A DNA stretch of 64,000 bases from Sedimentisphaerales bacterium (GCA_040772485.1 JAXGYC010000007.1:640001-704000), one strand, 5' to 3'. Shown: positions 8,272-20,121, numbered from the stretch's first letter. Numbers and translations: made by a program. Notes: generated from the sequence alone by a model not told the origin.

Positions 8272-9930
8272 CTACGCCTGCGAGCGGGCGAAGAAGCGCC
8301 TGCGCGTGGCGCGAGGCGTCTGCGCGAAGTAATCGCGCCACCAATCGTCGGTCCTCAACGGCTTCGGCGGGTCGTCGGCCTTTCGCCATTGCAGCGATTC
8401 GCGGAACGCATGGTGGCTGTACAGCCGCATGAACTCGCCCAGGTAGACGTCGGCGACGCGCTTGTTGCCGCGCGTGATCACCATGTTCTCGTCGTTGCGC
8501 CGCGTCGAAGCGTCGCTGAAGTTGGCCGAGCCGGCGACCACGATCGGATCGTCCGTGAGCGGATCGACGAGCATGAACTTGTTGTGCACGTACCGCACGT
8601 GTGAATTCAGCTTGTTAAGTCGTTCCTTCACCCAGCCGTCGATCTGGTTCGTGCGGATGAAGTCGCCGATGGCAAACACGTTTTCCGGCATGTTGCGCAG
8701 CGCCTGAATCTCGGCTTCCTCGGCCTCGCGCTGCGCCCCGGGCGCCATCGAGCGCGTCTTCTTGTCCATCAACGCCAGCCGGAACCGCGCACGCCCGTTT
8801 CGGTAGACGTTCTTGAAAACGTCGTTCATGCCGAAGGCGAACGTCATGAACAGCCCGTCGGTGGCGTTCAGGGCGAGGTCCGCGTACCAATCGAGTGCAT
8901 CAAGGCTGTTGCGCGGGCTGAACAGCACGCTCGTCCCCGCCGGCGGCGGCCCGGCCGGCAGCGGGGAGATCGCCTCCACACGATTCTTGAGCGGCGCGCT
9001 AAGCGGGTCGTGCGAAAGCTCGGTCCAGTAGTCCAGAAACTTGGCGGCGACGGCGGGCTCTTCGACCACGTGAGCGGCGTTGGAGTGGCCGTAGATGCCG
9101 CCCTCCGAGAAGTTCGTGCCGCCGGTCCAGACGCAAAGGGGCTGGCCATTCTCGAGTTTCACGATGAACTTGTTGTGGGAGATATAGGAGGCCGGACGCG
9201 TCCGCTCCAAGCAGACGCGCGCCAGTCCCGCAGTGGCCACGGCCTGACGGTTTGCGTCCCTGGGGTAGTCGCCCCGTGCGTCGTATACGATCTGGATGTC
9301 GACACCTCGGTCCAACGTCTCTCGGACGACGTCGAGGAACCGGGCGTAGTTGAACTCGTAGGCCGCGATGCGCAGCGCGTGCCGGCTCGGCACGCACGAA
9401 CGCAGGAAGTCTTCCAAGGCCTCGTTCAAACCGCGCGACAGCCACTCGAAGGCCTTTCGGTTGGGCACATCCTGGGGGTCGCGGTCACCAAACCGGCGGA
9501 TGTACTCCTGGGACGACGTCACTCCGCGATTGAAGTAGATATCGTGGTTGCCCGTCTCGGGGCTTTCGGTGGTGATGTCGATCACGGTCGTCGCGTGGGC
9601 GACCAGGTTCGCCGGACTGCCCTTCAACGCCGCGATCGTATACTTGTAGTGATGCCCCGGTTTAGCGGAATAGTCGGCCCACTGAAAGCTCTGGATCGGG
9701 TGATCGCGCGTCGAGTACAGCGAGCCGGCGGGAAAGCCGGGATCGGTTTCCGCGAATGCCTTCATCCCCGACAGGTAATACGCCTCGTTCTCGGTGTGGT
9801 CGGTGCGATGAATCGAGAAACCCAGAAGCCCGTCGCAGTCCGCCTGGGGCAGATCGAATCCCAGCAGGACGACGTAGGTTCCTCCGACCGCGTACACCTT
9901 CAAACCGTTCGTCGTGTTCGAAACGCGCAT
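8272..9930 (-). CDS. Phospholipase D superfamily protein with two HxK motifs
   Basis: SHNKFIVK...WTGGTNFS and VHNKFMLVD...AGSANFS; start MRVSN behind AAGGAG. Confidence 0.85.
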   Translation of the reverse strand: MRVSNTTNGLKVYAVGGTYVVLLGFDLPQADCDGLLGFSIHRTDHTENEAYYLSGMKAFAETDPGFPAGSLYSTRDHPIQSFQWADYSAKPGHHYKYTIAALKGSPANLVAHATTVIDITTESPETGNHDIYFNRGVTSSQEYIRRFGDRDPQDVPNRKAFEWLSRGLNEALEDFLRSCVPSRHALRIAAYEFNYARFLDVVRETLDRGVDIQIVYDARGDYPRDANRQAVATAGLARVCLERTRPASYISHNKFIVKLENGQPLCVWTGGTNFSEGGIYGHSNAAHVVEEPAVAAKFLDYWTELSHDPLSAPLKNRVEAISPLPAGPPPAGTSVLFSPRNSLDALDWYADLALNATDGLFMTFAFGMNDVFKNVYRNGRARFRLALMDKKTRSMAPGAQREAEEAEIQALRNMPENVFAIGDFIRTNQIDGWVKERLNKLNSHVRYVHNKFMLVDPLTDDPIVVAGSANFSDASTRRNDENMVITRGNKRVADVYLGEFMRLYSHHAFRESLQWRKADDPPKPLRTDDWWRDYFAQTPRATRRRFFARSQA

Positions 9931-10161
9931 GATCGTGCTCCTTTCCGCCTTCGCTTCTCGGCAAAGAGTTTTGTTCTTCCTGCACGTGCCGGTGCCCGTG
10001 CGCATCGGCACCCTGGCCACCCATGGGGGTTCGGGCGCCCCACAAAGCCGTCATCGTGAGCCTCTTCTCGTTGCGCCAAGCAGCACAGTCTCAAGGTTGC
10101 GCGGTGATTGTAACGCGGTCTCTGCGCGCAGGCAAGGTTGTCCGGAGCCCGGCGAATCCGG

Positions 10162-11457
10162 TCAGGAAATCGGCTCAGCGAACGGGCGGATGTTCCGCTC
10201 TATCTCGGTGCATTGCTCTTCGGTCAATGGCAGTACCCCGCCCGGTATTCCGTCTTCGCCGGGGTATTCCTTCTCCAGTTGGGCTCTGAGTCTGCGGATG
10301 CTGCGAAGCAGCAGGTCGAGCTTGAACGCCGTGTCAGCGTAGGTGTTCCAGGGCTGGCTGAAACGGTCGATATCCGCCGAGATGGCGATCAGAGAATTCG
10401 CCCGGGCCCTGCTGACGTCCGCATGGTCGCGGCCACTCAAGGGCGACGAAATATCCACGAGGTCATCCAGAGCCAGCGGATGGTGGCACGCGAACGCGCG
10501 GAGGAAGTCCTCTGTTGTCAGCCGCTCGCGACCTCGCCATGACCGCGCTGCGCGTATTGGCTGGTTGTTCTTCTCGTGGGCGCGCCGGGCGTTCAATGTC
10601 TCGATGAAGAAGTCGCCCCACGATCCTGCGTCGATCTGATTCAACGCCTCGCGCTGGACGCGCAGGGCCCTGGCGCATTCGACGTCGGTGTGCCGGGTGA
10701 GGGCGGAGGCGGCGGCCAGACGGGCCTCCGGACTCAATTCATGCATCTGCACACACGCGATCAGGAAGCTCCGCGAGGCATCCGAAAGCTTTATCCGCCC
10801 GACCGCTTTGACGATCTGCCAGTCGGCCAGCAACGGCGCCTGCTCTCGCAGCATCGGAAGGTCCAACGTCGCCTGGCGCCGTCCTGTCAGGCCGCCCAAT
10901 TCACGGGCCGCCCGGTTGTGGACAGAGATAGTGGCATCCTCTGCGAGGATGGCCATATTGAGGCCGAGCAGTTCGGTTTCGGAGAGCAAAGGGAAACGAG
11001 CCCGGCGATGCTCGCTCACGAGACAATCGGGGTCGTGCAGAAGGCTCAGGGCAAATTGGCCGACCGTCATAGACGAGCCGATGTCATACTCGAGGTAGCC
11101 GACCCAGTCGCGGTCGGAGAGACGGCTTCGCAACGCGGGGACGGCCTGCTCGCCTTCGGTATGGGCCAGGGCAAGCAATCCGACGCAGCGGACCACGGGA
11201 TGCTCGTCCCGGGACAGGCCCAGGAACTTCTCGCGGTCTCCTCGCGCTATGATGGCTTCGTAGAGGGCGTACTGACGGCTGGGCGAATGCACGAAACCAA
11301 CCAGGCTGGCTTCGATGCCATCGGCTGCCCTCAGGACAGCGATCAACCTGTCCCAATCCTGGACGGACTCGCCATGCATCGGCGGTGGCGGCGCGATGTG
11401 CTGAAGATACGGCCTCACCTGCCACGGAAGAAAGAACATCCACAGGGTCAAGATCAT
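10162..11457 (-). CDS. Hypothetical helical (HEAT-like) protein
   Basis: 431 aa ORF, AAGGAGG RBS, HEAT-like segment DEHPVVRCVGLLALA...AVPALRSRLSD. Confidence 0.55.
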   Translation of the reverse strand: MILTLWMFFLPWQVRPYLQHIAPPPPMHGESVQDWDRLIAVLRAADGIEASLVGFVHSPSRQYALYEAIIARGDREKFLGLSRDEHPVVRCVGLLALAHTEGEQAVPALRSRLSDRDWVGYLEYDIGSSMTVGQFALSLLHDPDCLVSEHRRARFPLLSETELLGLNMAILAEDATISVHNRAARELGGLTGRRQATLDLPMLREQAPLLADWQIVKAVGRIKLSDASRSFLIACVQMHELSPEARLAAASALTRHTDVECARALRVQREALNQIDAGSWGDFFIETLNARRAHEKNNQPIRAARSWRGRERLTTEDFLRAFACHHPLALDDLVDISSPLSGRDHADVSRARANSLIAISADIDRFSQPWNTYADTAFKLDLLLRSIRRLRAQLEKEYPGEDGIPGGVLPLTEEQCTEIERNIRPFAEPIS

Positions 11458-11550
11458 GTTCGCCTCCTTGACGGTTCACCCGCTCGACCACAGATCACGC
11501 ACGTCTTTCGGGATACCGTAACGGCCCGGGGCTGAGAATGCAAGACTTCC

Positions 11551-12093
11551 GTGCGGACAACAGAACGAGGGCGGCCGGTGGCGGGTTTGGGGTGGATTGT
11601 CACGGAGGCGGCGCATAGACTGGAACACATGCCTGACCTCGACCGCTACAGGATGACGGTGGGATACAAGGGGCTTCACGGTGTCTCGGAGATCGGCTTC
11701 AAGAAACGCAGCGTCGCGCTGTCCGAGGTCTTTCCGACCGCCGACGAGATTGTGTTGTCAATCGCCGGGATTTATTGGCGCGTGGGCGAGGCGGCGGCGG
11801 TGGTCTACGAGTTGCCCGACCTGCGCTTCGAGGTCGTGGAGACGGACCGGCGGCTGGAGCTGGCGGTGGCCGATTCGCAGGGGGAATACTGTGGGCTGAT
11901 TATCGACATCCTCGCGTGCGACGCAGAACAGCTCAAGGCGATGGTCGAGGACGTCGAGCGGGCCTGCGGGTTCGTCCGGTCCAAGCTGGGCCAGGCGATA
12001 CGGATCATGGAGATCGAGGAGGCCGACTACCTCGGGCGTCTGTGGGAGAGTCTGCGTCTGCTCGCCCACGAGCTGGGTCGCGATGCGGGATAA
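11551..12093 (+). CDS. Hypothetical protein
   Basis: Protein-like composition, fills the gap before the OmpH gene; start uncertain. Confidence 0.55.
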   Translation: MRTTERGRPVAGLGWIVTEAAHRLEHMPDLDRYRMTVGYKGLHGVSEIGFKKRSVALSEVFPTADEIVLSIAGIYWRVGEAAAVVYELPDLRFEVVETDRRLELAVADSQGEYCGLIIDILACDAEQLKAMVEDVERACGFVRSKLGQAIRIMEIEEADYLGRLWESLRLLAHELGRDAG

Positions 12094-12179
12094 GGGCCGG
12101 CCGCGAGCCGGTCGTGCGTCACACGTGGAAAACGATAAACCAAGTCGTTTGGGAAAAGCGAACGCGGAAAGGACCATCC

Positions 12180-12773
12180 ATGAAGATGAGAATCGCACTG
12201 CTGATCTGCCTCGTAGGCATCGTCGTTTGTTCCCTGCCGAACCTGTCGGTCCTCGGCAACGCTGCGAATCGCCCGTCGCCGGGGCCACAGACGATCGCGG
12301 TCGTCCGTGTCCTGGAGATCCTCCGCGATCTGGGCGCCGGCGCCGAACGCCGCAGAGAGGTCCTGGCCGAGCGCACCGGGGCCAGCACCGAACTGGAGCA
12401 GCTTGCCCGCCAGATCAACGAGCAGGAGCAGGCCCTCAAGACGTTCACGATCGGCAGCGACGACTACCTCAAGCAGCTCGACCGCATCATGGAGATGCAG
12501 GGCCGCTACGAGAGCCGCAAGGAATTCCTCGACCGCCAGATGTCGCTGAAGCAGCAGCTCTGGACGCAGCAGACCTACGACAGAATCGCCCGCATCACCA
12601 GCGAGCTGGCGAAGGAGAGAGGATTCGGCCTTGTGCTGGCGGTCGACCCGAACGGGCTGCCGTTGTCGGAGACGTTCGCCGGCGTGATCGCGATGCAGAG
12701 GGTGGTCTATTCCGGCGGCTGCCCCGACCTCACCGACGAGGTGAAAGCCAAGCTCGCTGCCGCCAGGCCGTAG
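12180..12773 (+). CDS. OmpH/Skp family periplasmic chaperone
   Basis: Signal peptide, IAVV strand, long coiled coil, LAKERGFGLVL and DLTDEVKAKL C-terminus. Confidence 0.75.
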   Translation: MKMRIALLICLVGIVVCSLPNLSVLGNAANRPSPGPQTIAVVRVLEILRDLGAGAERRREVLAERTGASTELEQLARQINEQEQALKTFTIGSDDYLKQLDRIMEMQGRYESRKEFLDRQMSLKQQLWTQQTYDRIARITSELAKERGFGLVLAVDPNGLPLSETFAGVIAMQRVVYSGGCPDLTDEVKAKLAAARP

Positions 12774-12897
12774 CGTCACGTTCCCTTTCGCCGATCAGGC
12801 CTTGGGATCGCGCTGGTTTCTTGCGGCACTCATGGGAAACTCGGGGCGGTTCATTCCACACATCCGCAGAACGGTGTCGGCACGGCAGGAAATCCTG

Positions 12898-12926
12898 TTG
12901 AATGCGAACGGACCGTCTGCTATAAA
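12898..12926 (+). promoter_or_regulatory. Putative sigma70 promoter
   Basis: TTGAAT-17-TATAAA. Confidence 0.4.
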
Positions 12927-13298
12927 GGAGAAGGGTCGCGTGCGTTAGGACGGAAGGCGGTTTCACTGCTCTTGAGACAGCACCGCGGCCCGGGGATCGG
13001 AGGCCCTGATGCACTGCGTGATCGCAGACACATGGCTGATGGGGGACCGGATGCCCGGCTCACGCGGCATTCCCAAGATCATTTCGTCATTCATCGCGCT
13101 ATACGTATTTCTACGTAGAAAGGAGGTTGCCGGCAGACCCTCTCCGTACCTTCATCGAAGCACGGAAAGACTCAGACGGCTCAGGCAGCCACATACGAGC
13201 GTCGAGAGAACAAGGGTGTCGACTCACTACCCAGAACGCATGCCTCCACGTGGGGCCCAAACGCTGGTGTTTTGAGTCTTTGCTGAAGGAGGATTATC

Positions 13299-16187
13299 AT
13301 GTGCGAGAGGTGGATCGTGTTGATGGGCCTGGCCGTGCTGCTGACGTTCGACAGCCGCGCTTCGGCCGAGCTCGTGGGCCATTGGCCTTTCGATGGAAAC
13401 CTGAACGACGTGGCCGGCACGGCCAACGGGACGTTCAGCGGAGGGCAGGCAAGTTACGAAAAGGGACGGGTCCGTCAAGCGATCTCCTTCGACGGGGTGG
13501 ACGACTACGCGGACATTCCATCGCCCACAAACCCATCCGTTTATACGATTGCCGCGTGGATCAGGCCGGCCAGGACGGACGCGGCGGCGGTCATCACGCG
13601 GACGGACGCGTCGGGACCGACCACAAGCTGGTCGCACCAACTGCGAATCAACGCGGCCGGCCAGTTCCATCACTACCTATGGGTGGGTGCGGAGCGCCAC
13701 GTGTCCGGCACGACAGTGATCGTCCCGGATACGTGGTATCACGTGACCATCATGGCCGAGAATGACGGGCCGATGCGCATCTTCGTCAACGGCATTGAAG
13801 AAGGGACTTCCATCAGCACCGCCGGCACGCTCTGGGCCACGGGCACCCGGATCTTCGTCGGGTCCAACTCCGGTCACAGCATGGGCTGGTTCCAGGGCTT
13901 GGTGGACGACCTGCAAATCTACGATGAGGCCCTGGCGGCGGACCAGATTCGCAAGGTCATGCGTGGTGACGCCGCCATGAGCTCCGACCCGTACCCGGAG
14001 GACGGCACCGCAGACCTCCCTCGTGACATGGTCCTGCGCTGGTCGGCGGGCGAATTCGCGGCCACACACGACGTGTATTTCGGCACCGTGTTCGATGACG
14101 TCAACGATGCGAGCCGGGCCAATCCGATGAATGTGCTCGTTAGCCAGGGGCAGACTGCGGCCACCTACGATCCGATCGGCGTGCTCGGTTTTGAGACGAC
14201 CTACTACTGGCGCATAGATGAAGTCAACGCTGCGCCCGACAATACGATCTACAAAGGTGAGGTCTGGAGCTTCACGACTGAGCCGGTGGCCTATCCGGTC
14301 GGAGCAATCGTTGCCACGAGCAACGGGATCTCGGAGCCGGGCGTGGGACCCGAGAACACGGTCAACGGTTCAGGGCTTGACGCCGGCGATCAGCATTCGA
14401 CCGCCAGCGACGACATGTGGCTGGCCACACCAGGAGCCGACCCCCTGTGGATACAGTATCAGTTCGATCGCGTCTACAAGCTGCACCAGATGCTCGTCTG
14501 GAACTACAACGTCCAGTTCGAACTGCTCCTGGGTTTCGGAATCAAGAACGTGACCGTCGAGTGCTCCGAGAACGGGACGGACTGGACCGCTCTGGGCGAT
14601 TTCGAATTCGCCCGGGCCACCGCCAAGGCGACATACGAGGCAAACACCACCGTCGAGTTCGGCGGGATTGCGGCCCGGTTCGTCCGTCTGAATGTCAACA
14701 GCGGCTACGGGATGATGGGCCAGTTCGGACTCAGTGAGGTCCGCTTCCTGTTCATCCCCGCCCAAGCCCGCGAGCCACAGCCAGCCGACGGAGCTACCGG
14801 CGTGGCGGTGGATTCGTCGCTGAGTTGGCGTGCGGGTCGCGAAGCCGTCTCACATGAAGTCTACTATGGCACCGATCCAAACGCGCTGAGTCTGGTGGGT
14901 ACGACGGGTGCAGCCGGCTATACCCCCGAGGCGCTGACCTTGGCGACGACCTATTACTGGAGAGTGAACGAGGTCAACGAAGCCGATGCGATTGCGGCGT
15001 GGGAAGGCGAGGTCTGGAGTTTCACGGCCCAGGAGTTCCTCGTCGTCGAGGATTTCGAGAGCTACAACGACGACATCGACGCCGGTACGACAATCTTCGA
15101 TGCCTGGATCGACGGTTGGATCAACAACACAGGCTCGACCGTCGGCTACTTGAACGCTCCCTTTGCCGAGCGGACGATCGTCCACAGCGGCCGACAATCC
15201 ATGCCGCTGTTCTATGACAACACAGACGTTTCTGTCTCGGAAACCGAATACGCACTGTCGCAGAATTGGATGACCAATGGCATCCAGAGTCTGTCGCTGT
15301 ACTTCCACGGCGATCCGAAGAATGGCGAGGCCCAGTTGTATGTTAAGATCAATAACACCGGAGTCGTCTATGATGGCGATCCTGCCGACATTGCGCGGCC
15401 GGCGTGGCAGGTGTGGAACATCGATTTGTCTGCCGCAGGCTCCGATCTGAGCGACGTCACCAGCTTGACCATCGGACTTGAGGGTACCGGCGCGACGGGC
15501 GTGGTGTTTATCGACGACATCCGCCTGTATCCCTGGACACCCCAATATATCACAGGGGCCGATCCGGGCGACGAGGGTCTGGTGGCCTATTATACTTTTG
15601 AAGGCAATGCCCACGACGGTTCCGGCAACGGACACGATGGGACGTTCACGGACGGTACCCCGGAATGGACCACTGGCCGACACGGTCAGGCTATCCTGTT
15701 CAACGGTACCAACGGGTACGTCGATCTGGGCAACGATGAGGCGATGAACCTCACCGAGGCGATGACGGTCGCCTGCTGGGTGAGAGACGATGGGTTTACG
15801 CTTGGGTGGCAGGCCATTTTCACCAAAGGTCTGGGCTGGCGTCTGCAAAGGAACGGCATTCAAGCAGGTCTGGAGTGGACGTGTCCGCCCAGCCCGTATC
15901 TGTTCAGCAGCAGCACGGTGGACGATGGCGAATGGCACCACGTGGCGGGCACGTACGACAGCCAACGTCAGATGCTCTATATCGATGGGGTGCTGGACGT
16001 TGAGCAGGCAGTATCCGGACCGATAGGGGCGACCTCATACCGGGTGCTAATTGGCTCCATCGACACCCTGACAGAGCGCGTCTGGCACGGCCCAATCGAT
16101 GAAGTGCGTCTTTACGGCCGGGCGCTGTCGCCGGGCGAGGTGCTCTGGTTGGCGGACCAAACCGTGCCAAGGCACAAGCCGTTCTGA
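13299..16187 (+). CDS. Secreted multidomain LamG/discoidin-like protein (N- and C-terminal LamG)
   Basis: Signal peptide, LVGHWPFD...[25 protein letters not shown] repeats; C-terminal [11 protein letters not shown]...[19 protein letters not shown]. Confidence 0.85.
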   Translation: MCERWIVLMGLAVLLTFDSRASAELVGHWPFDGNLNDVAGTANGTFSGGQASYEKGRVRQAISFDGVDDYADIPSPTNPSVYTIAAWIRPARTDAAAVITRTDASGPTTSWSHQLRINAAGQFHHYLWVGAERHVSGTTVIVPDTWYHVTIMAENDGPMRIFVNGIEEGTSISTAGTLWATGTRIFVGSNSGHSMGWFQGLVDDLQIYDEALAADQIRKVMRGDAAMSSDPYPEDGTADLPRDMVLRWSAGEFAATHDVYFGTVFDDVNDASRANPMNVLVSQGQTAATYDPIGVLGFETTYYWRIDEVNAAPDNTIYKGEVWSFTTEPVAYPVGAIVATSNGISEPGVGPENTVNGSGLDAGDQHSTASDDMWLATPGADPLWIQYQFDRVYKLHQMLVWNYNVQFELLLGFGIKNVTVECSENGTDWTALGDFEFARATAKATYEANTTVEFGGIAARFVRLNVNSGYGMMGQFGLSEVRFLFIPAQAREPQPADGATGVAVDSSLSWRAGREAVSHEVYYGTDPNALSLVGTTGAAGYTPEALTLATTYYWRVNEVNEADAIAAWEGEVWSFTAQEFLVVEDFESYNDDIDAGTTIFDAWIDGWINNTGSTVGYLNAPFAERTIVHSGRQSMPLFYDNTDVSVSETEYALSQNWMTNGIQSLSLYFHGDPKNGEAQLYVKINNTGVVYDGDPADIARPAWQVWNIDLSAAGSDLSDVTSLTIGLEGTGATGVVFIDDIRLYPWTPQYITGADPGDEGLVAYYTFEGNAHDGSGNGHDGTFTDGTPEWTTGRHGQAILFNGTNGYVDLGNDEAMNLTEAMTVACWVRDDGFTLGWQAIFTKGLGWRLQRNGIQAGLEWTCPPSPYLFSSSTVDDGEWHHVAGTYDSQRQMLYIDGVLDVEQAVSGPIGATSYRVLIGSIDTLTERVWHGPIDEVRLYGRALSPGEVLWLADQTVPRHKPF

Positions 16188-16215
16188 GGTCGGCTTCAGC
16201 AGGAGTCCCTTCCTT

Positions 16216-17001
16216 ATGAGGCGGAGTGCATTCACTCTTATTGAGTTGCTGGTGGTGATTGCGGTCATTGCCGTCTTGATGGCCATCTTGATGCCCACTC
16301 TCAAGAGGGCTCGAGAGCAGGGGCAACGTGCGGCCTGTCTGAGCAATCTCAAGCAACTGCAACTGTCGTGGATCCTGTACGCCGATGACAACGACGACAA
16401 GCTGGTCAGCAGCGAGGCCGGCGGCACATGGAAGAACCTGTATGGAGACCCGTGGGTCGGTGTGACGTGGGCCTCTGATTGGGCGCAAGGAGGCCAGTTA
16501 CCCGAGAAAGACCAACTCGACGGGATTCGGAGCGGTGCTCTGTGGCCGTATGTCAGGGCAGAGGATCTGTATCAGTGCCCCACGGGATACCGCGGGGAAC
16601 TGCTGACGTACGCCATGATGATCTCCATCAACGGCCGATCGGTTGACGGCAGCCCCCAGTTCAAGAGAAGACTACAGGTCCCGCGACCGGGGCAGAGACT
16701 CGTGTTCATTGACGAGGGCCTCGCCAGTCCTGATGCGTATTCCACTCGCTACAATCAGGCCGCCTGGTGGGACCAGCCGACGACTCGCCATGGGGACGGG
16801 ACGAACTTCACCTATGCGGACGGCCATGCGACATATCACAAGTGGCAAGGCCTTGAAACAATCAAGAGAGGACGCGACAGCGTTCGGTCGCATCCGGGGA
16901 TCTGGGGCCCGGCGAGCGAAGAAGGCCGTGAGGATGTGCAATGGGTGCAGTATGGGATCTGGGGCAAGTTCGGGTACGAGACGGCAATCGGAACACGGTG
17001 A
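16216..17001 (+). CDS. Prepilin-type DUF1559-like H-X9-DG protein
   Basis: [26 protein letters not shown]. Confidence 0.9.
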   Translation: MRRSAFTLIELLVVIAVIAVLMAILMPTLKRAREQGQRAACLSNLKQLQLSWILYADDNDDKLVSSEAGGTWKNLYGDPWVGVTWASDWAQGGQLPEKDQLDGIRSGALWPYVRAEDLYQCPTGYRGELLTYAMMISINGRSVDGSPQFKRRLQVPRPGQRLVFIDEGLASPDAYSTRYNQAAWWDQPTTRHGDGTNFTYADGHATYHKWQGLETIKRGRDSVRSHPGIWGPASEEGREDVQWVQYGIWGKFGYETAIGTR

Positions 17002-17229
17002 AACGCGAAAAGAAGAAGACGAGGGAAGCAACATCGATCCAGGACGGGAAGGGAGGTGGTTGGGCCAAAGCGACGGCTTCAATGACTCCGGAGGGGCGAG
17101 AGGCGGCCCCTGCCTTCGGCCAGGCAAGCTTGGGAATGAATGAGTCTTCTCGTCGGTACAGCAGCACAGGTTGTAATATGTTTTCGGAGCAAGGTTCGAG
17201 CGGGCAAGGTTCAGTGAAGGAGGACGACC

Positions 17230-20121
17230 ATGTGCAAGAAGTTGGTGGCATTGACACTGTGCGTTTTCGCAGTGAGCGTGGTGGGAAACCCTGTCGTGCA
17301 TGCCGGCGACCCAACGCTCGTAGGTTGGTGGAAATTCGATGAGGGCACGGGAACAACGGCCCGGGACATCAGCGGCTATGGCAACGACGGCACTTTCGGT
17401 GGTGACCCTCAGTGGGTGGCCGGTCGCTTCGGCAAGGCCCTGGAGTTTGATGGGTCCGACGATTTCCTCGACTGCGGCAATGATCCAAGTCTGGATCTTA
17501 CCATGTGGACGATTGCTTTTTGGCTCAATGCGGCCCAGAACAAGGACTACAACGGTTTTGTCATCAAGGGCCTGGATGCCGCGGAGAACTATGAGGTGCT
17601 GGGATTCGCCGATGGCAGCTTTCATTTTCCCATCACGATGACCGGTGGCGCGCGGACATACGTCAACAGCGTCACGGGCGTGATCGTCGCCGGCGAGTGG
17701 GCCCACTATGCCTATCTCTATGATTCCACGGACGGGCGACGGCTCTACAAGAATGGCGACCTGGTTTTTGACGATAGCGAATCCGGCACTCCTCAAGCAT
17801 CGACCAGCCCGCTCACTATAGGGAACGAGCAGCCTATGAGCCGCTTCGTCGATGGTACCATGGATGATGTGCGTATCTACAGTCGAGTCCTGACGCTTGA
17901 GGAGTTGGCTGACGTCATGCTCGGCAAGGGCCCCAATGCGGAGTTGGCCGACGAGCCCAGTCCGGCCAATGAGGCGACGGACGTGCCGCGAGATACGGTC
18001 CTGGCCTGGGAGCCGGGTGAATTCGCGGCGACGCACGACGTGTATTTCGGCACCGCGTTCGACGACGTCAACGATGCAAGCCGGGCCAACCCGATGGGCG
18101 TGCTGGTCAGTCAGGGCCAGGCGGTGTCCAGTTACGATCCGGCGGGTGTGCTCGACTTCGAGACGACCTATTACTGGCGCGTCGATGAGGTCAATGCGCC
18201 GCCGACCAATACCATCTTCAAGGGCGAGGTCTGGAGCTTCACGACCGAGCCGGTCGGCTATCCCATCGCCGGCATCGTCGCCACCAGCAACGGGACCTCC
18301 GAGGCCGCCGCCGGACCGCAAAACACGGTCAACGGCTCCGGGCTCGATGCCGCCGATCAGCACTCGACCATCAGCAGCGACATGTGGCTGGCCACGCCCG
18401 GTGCCGAGCCGCTGTGGATACAGTTTGAGTTCGAACGTGTTTACAAGCTCCATCAGATGCTCGTCTGGAATTCCAACAGCCAATTCGAGCTGATTCTGGG
18501 CTTCGGCATCAAGGCTGTCACAGTCGAGTACTCCGAGAACGGGACGGACTGGACCGCTCTGGGCGATGTCGAGCTTGCCCGGGCCACGGCCAAGGCGACA
18601 TACGAGGCAAACACCACCGTCGAGTTCGGCGGGATTCCGGCCCGGTACGTGCGTCTGAACGTCAACAGCGGCTATGGCATGATGGGCCAGTTCGGACTCA
18701 GTGAAGTTCGCTTCCTGTACGTTCCGGCGCAGGCCCGCGAGCCGCAGCCGGACGATGGTGCGGTGGAAGTCGAGGTTGGTACGGCTCTGGCCTGGCGCAG
18801 CGGCCGCGAGGCCGTCTCGCACCAGGTGTATCTGGGCACGGACGCAGACGCAGTGAGTTTGGCCGGCACGGTTGATGTGGCCACGTTTGCACCAGCGCTG
18901 GAATTCGGCAGCACGTACTATTGGCAGGTCGACGAAGTCAACGAGGCCGATGCCGTGACTACATGGGCCGGCGACCTCTGGAGTTTTTCGACGCAGGAAT
19001 ACGCTCTGATCGACGGGTTCGAGACTTACAACGACGACGTCGACGCCAAGACGACGATCTTCGACACCTGGCTCGACGGCTGGGTCAATGAAACCGGTTC
19101 GACCGTCGGCTACCTCAACGCACCGTTCGCCGAGAAGACCATCGTCCGCACCGGCACACAGTCGATGCCGCTGGCGTACGACAACAGCGGCTCGCCGTTC
19201 TACTCCGAGGCGTGGCGGGAATTTGAAACAGCCCAGGACTGGTCGGGCAACGGCGCCGATACCCTCGTGCTGTACGTCCGAGGCAATGCGCCGGGTTTCG
19301 TCGAGGCGGCCGACGGCAGCATCATCATGAACGGCATCGGCACGGACATCTGGAACAACGGCGACCAGTTCCGCTATGCGTACAAGAGCCTGAGCGGCAA
19401 CGGCTCGATCACGGTACGCGTCGACAGCATCGCTCTCAGCAACGAGTGGGCCAAGGCGGGCGTGATGATCCGCGAAACGCTGGAGGCCGGCTCGAAGCAC
19501 GCGTTCGTGGCGCTGACGCCGACGCCGTCGCATGGCCTTTCATTCCAGCGTCGTCCGACGGCCGACGCGGCCAGCGGCAACACGGACGTCGCCGACATCG
19601 CGCTGCCGCACTGGGTGAAGCTGACGCGAACGGGCAATGTCTTTGCCGCCCAGCAGTCGGAAGACGGTGAGACCTGGACCGACATCGTGGTCAGCCCGGC
19701 GCTGGATATCGCGATGGCCGCTAATGTTTATATCGGTCTGGCGGTGTGCAGCCACGACCCGGCGATCGTGACGGGCGCCGAGTTCTCGAACATCTCGACG
19801 ACCGGCAACGTGACGGGCGCCTGGCAGACAGCCGAGATCGGCGTCGCGCAGCCGGCGGGCAACTCGGCGGAATCGATGTACGTGACGATCGAGGACAGCG
19901 CCGGCAAGACCCAGACGGTTGTGAACGCCGATGCGGCCATCACCGTGCGTCCCTCGTGGCAGGAATGGAGAGTGCCGTACAGCGATCTGTCCGGCGTGAA
20001 TCTCGCCCGCGTCGAGAAGATGATCATCGGCGTTGGCAGCCGCACCGCTCCAATCGCCGGCGGAACCGGCACGGTCTACATCGACGACATCGGCTATGGC
20101 CAGCCCGCCCACATCGAGTAA
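17230..20121 (+). CDS. Secreted multidomain LamG/discoidin-like protein, paralog of 13299-16187
   Basis: Signal peptide, LVGWWKFDEG LamG, shared core, WAKAGVMIRE ConA-like domain. Confidence 0.85.
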   Translation: MCKKLVALTLCVFAVSVVGNPVVHAGDPTLVGWWKFDEGTGTTARDISGYGNDGTFGGDPQWVAGRFGKALEFDGSDDFLDCGNDPSLDLTMWTIAFWLNAAQNKDYNGFVIKGLDAAENYEVLGFADGSFHFPITMTGGARTYVNSVTGVIVAGEWAHYAYLYDSTDGRRLYKNGDLVFDDSESGTPQASTSPLTIGNEQPMSRFVDGTMDDVRIYSRVLTLEELADVMLGKGPNAELADEPSPANEATDVPRDTVLAWEPGEFAATHDVYFGTAFDDVNDASRANPMGVLVSQGQAVSSYDPAGVLDFETTYYWRVDEVNAPPTNTIFKGEVWSFTTEPVGYPIAGIVATSNGTSEAAAGPQNTVNGSGLDAADQHSTISSDMWLATPGAEPLWIQFEFERVYKLHQMLVWNSNSQFELILGFGIKAVTVEYSENGTDWTALGDVELARATAKATYEANTTVEFGGIPARYVRLNVNSGYGMMGQFGLSEVRFLYVPAQAREPQPDDGAVEVEVGTALAWRSGREAVSHQVYLGTDADAVSLAGTVDVATFAPALEFGSTYYWQVDEVNEADAVTTWAGDLWSFSTQEYALIDGFETYNDDVDAKTTIFDTWLDGWVNETGSTVGYLNAPFAEKTIVRTGTQSMPLAYDNSGSPFYSEAWREFETAQDWSGNGADTLVLYVRGNAPGFVEAADGSIIMNGIGTDIWNNGDQFRYAYKSLSGNGSITVRVDSIALSNEWAKAGVMIRETLEAGSKHAFVALTPTPSHGLSFQRRPTADAASGNTDVADIALPHWVKLTRTGNVFAAQQSEDGETWTDIVVSPALDIAMAANVYIGLAVCSHDPAIVTGAEFSNISTTGNVTGAWQTAEIGVAQPAGNSAESMYVTIEDSAGKTQTVVNADAAITVRPSWQEWRVPYSDLSGVNLARVEKMIIGVGSRTAPIAGGTGTVYIDDIGYGQPAHIE

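Noticed and set aside
12930..13298. Long leader before the LamG gene as a riboswitch
   Set aside because: No recognisable aptamer or terminator by eye; an Rfam scan would be needed.
17186..17212. GCAAGGTTC direct repeat upstream of the second LamG gene
   Set aside because: Only two 9-bp copies and no regulator nearby; too weak to call an operator.
16672..19533. 953 aa minus-strand ORF and other long antisense ORFs (27139-29214, 43486-45231, 45913-47856, 57083-59230, 61975-63969)
   Set aside because: Shadows of well-supported genes in GC-rich DNA; no recognisable motifs.
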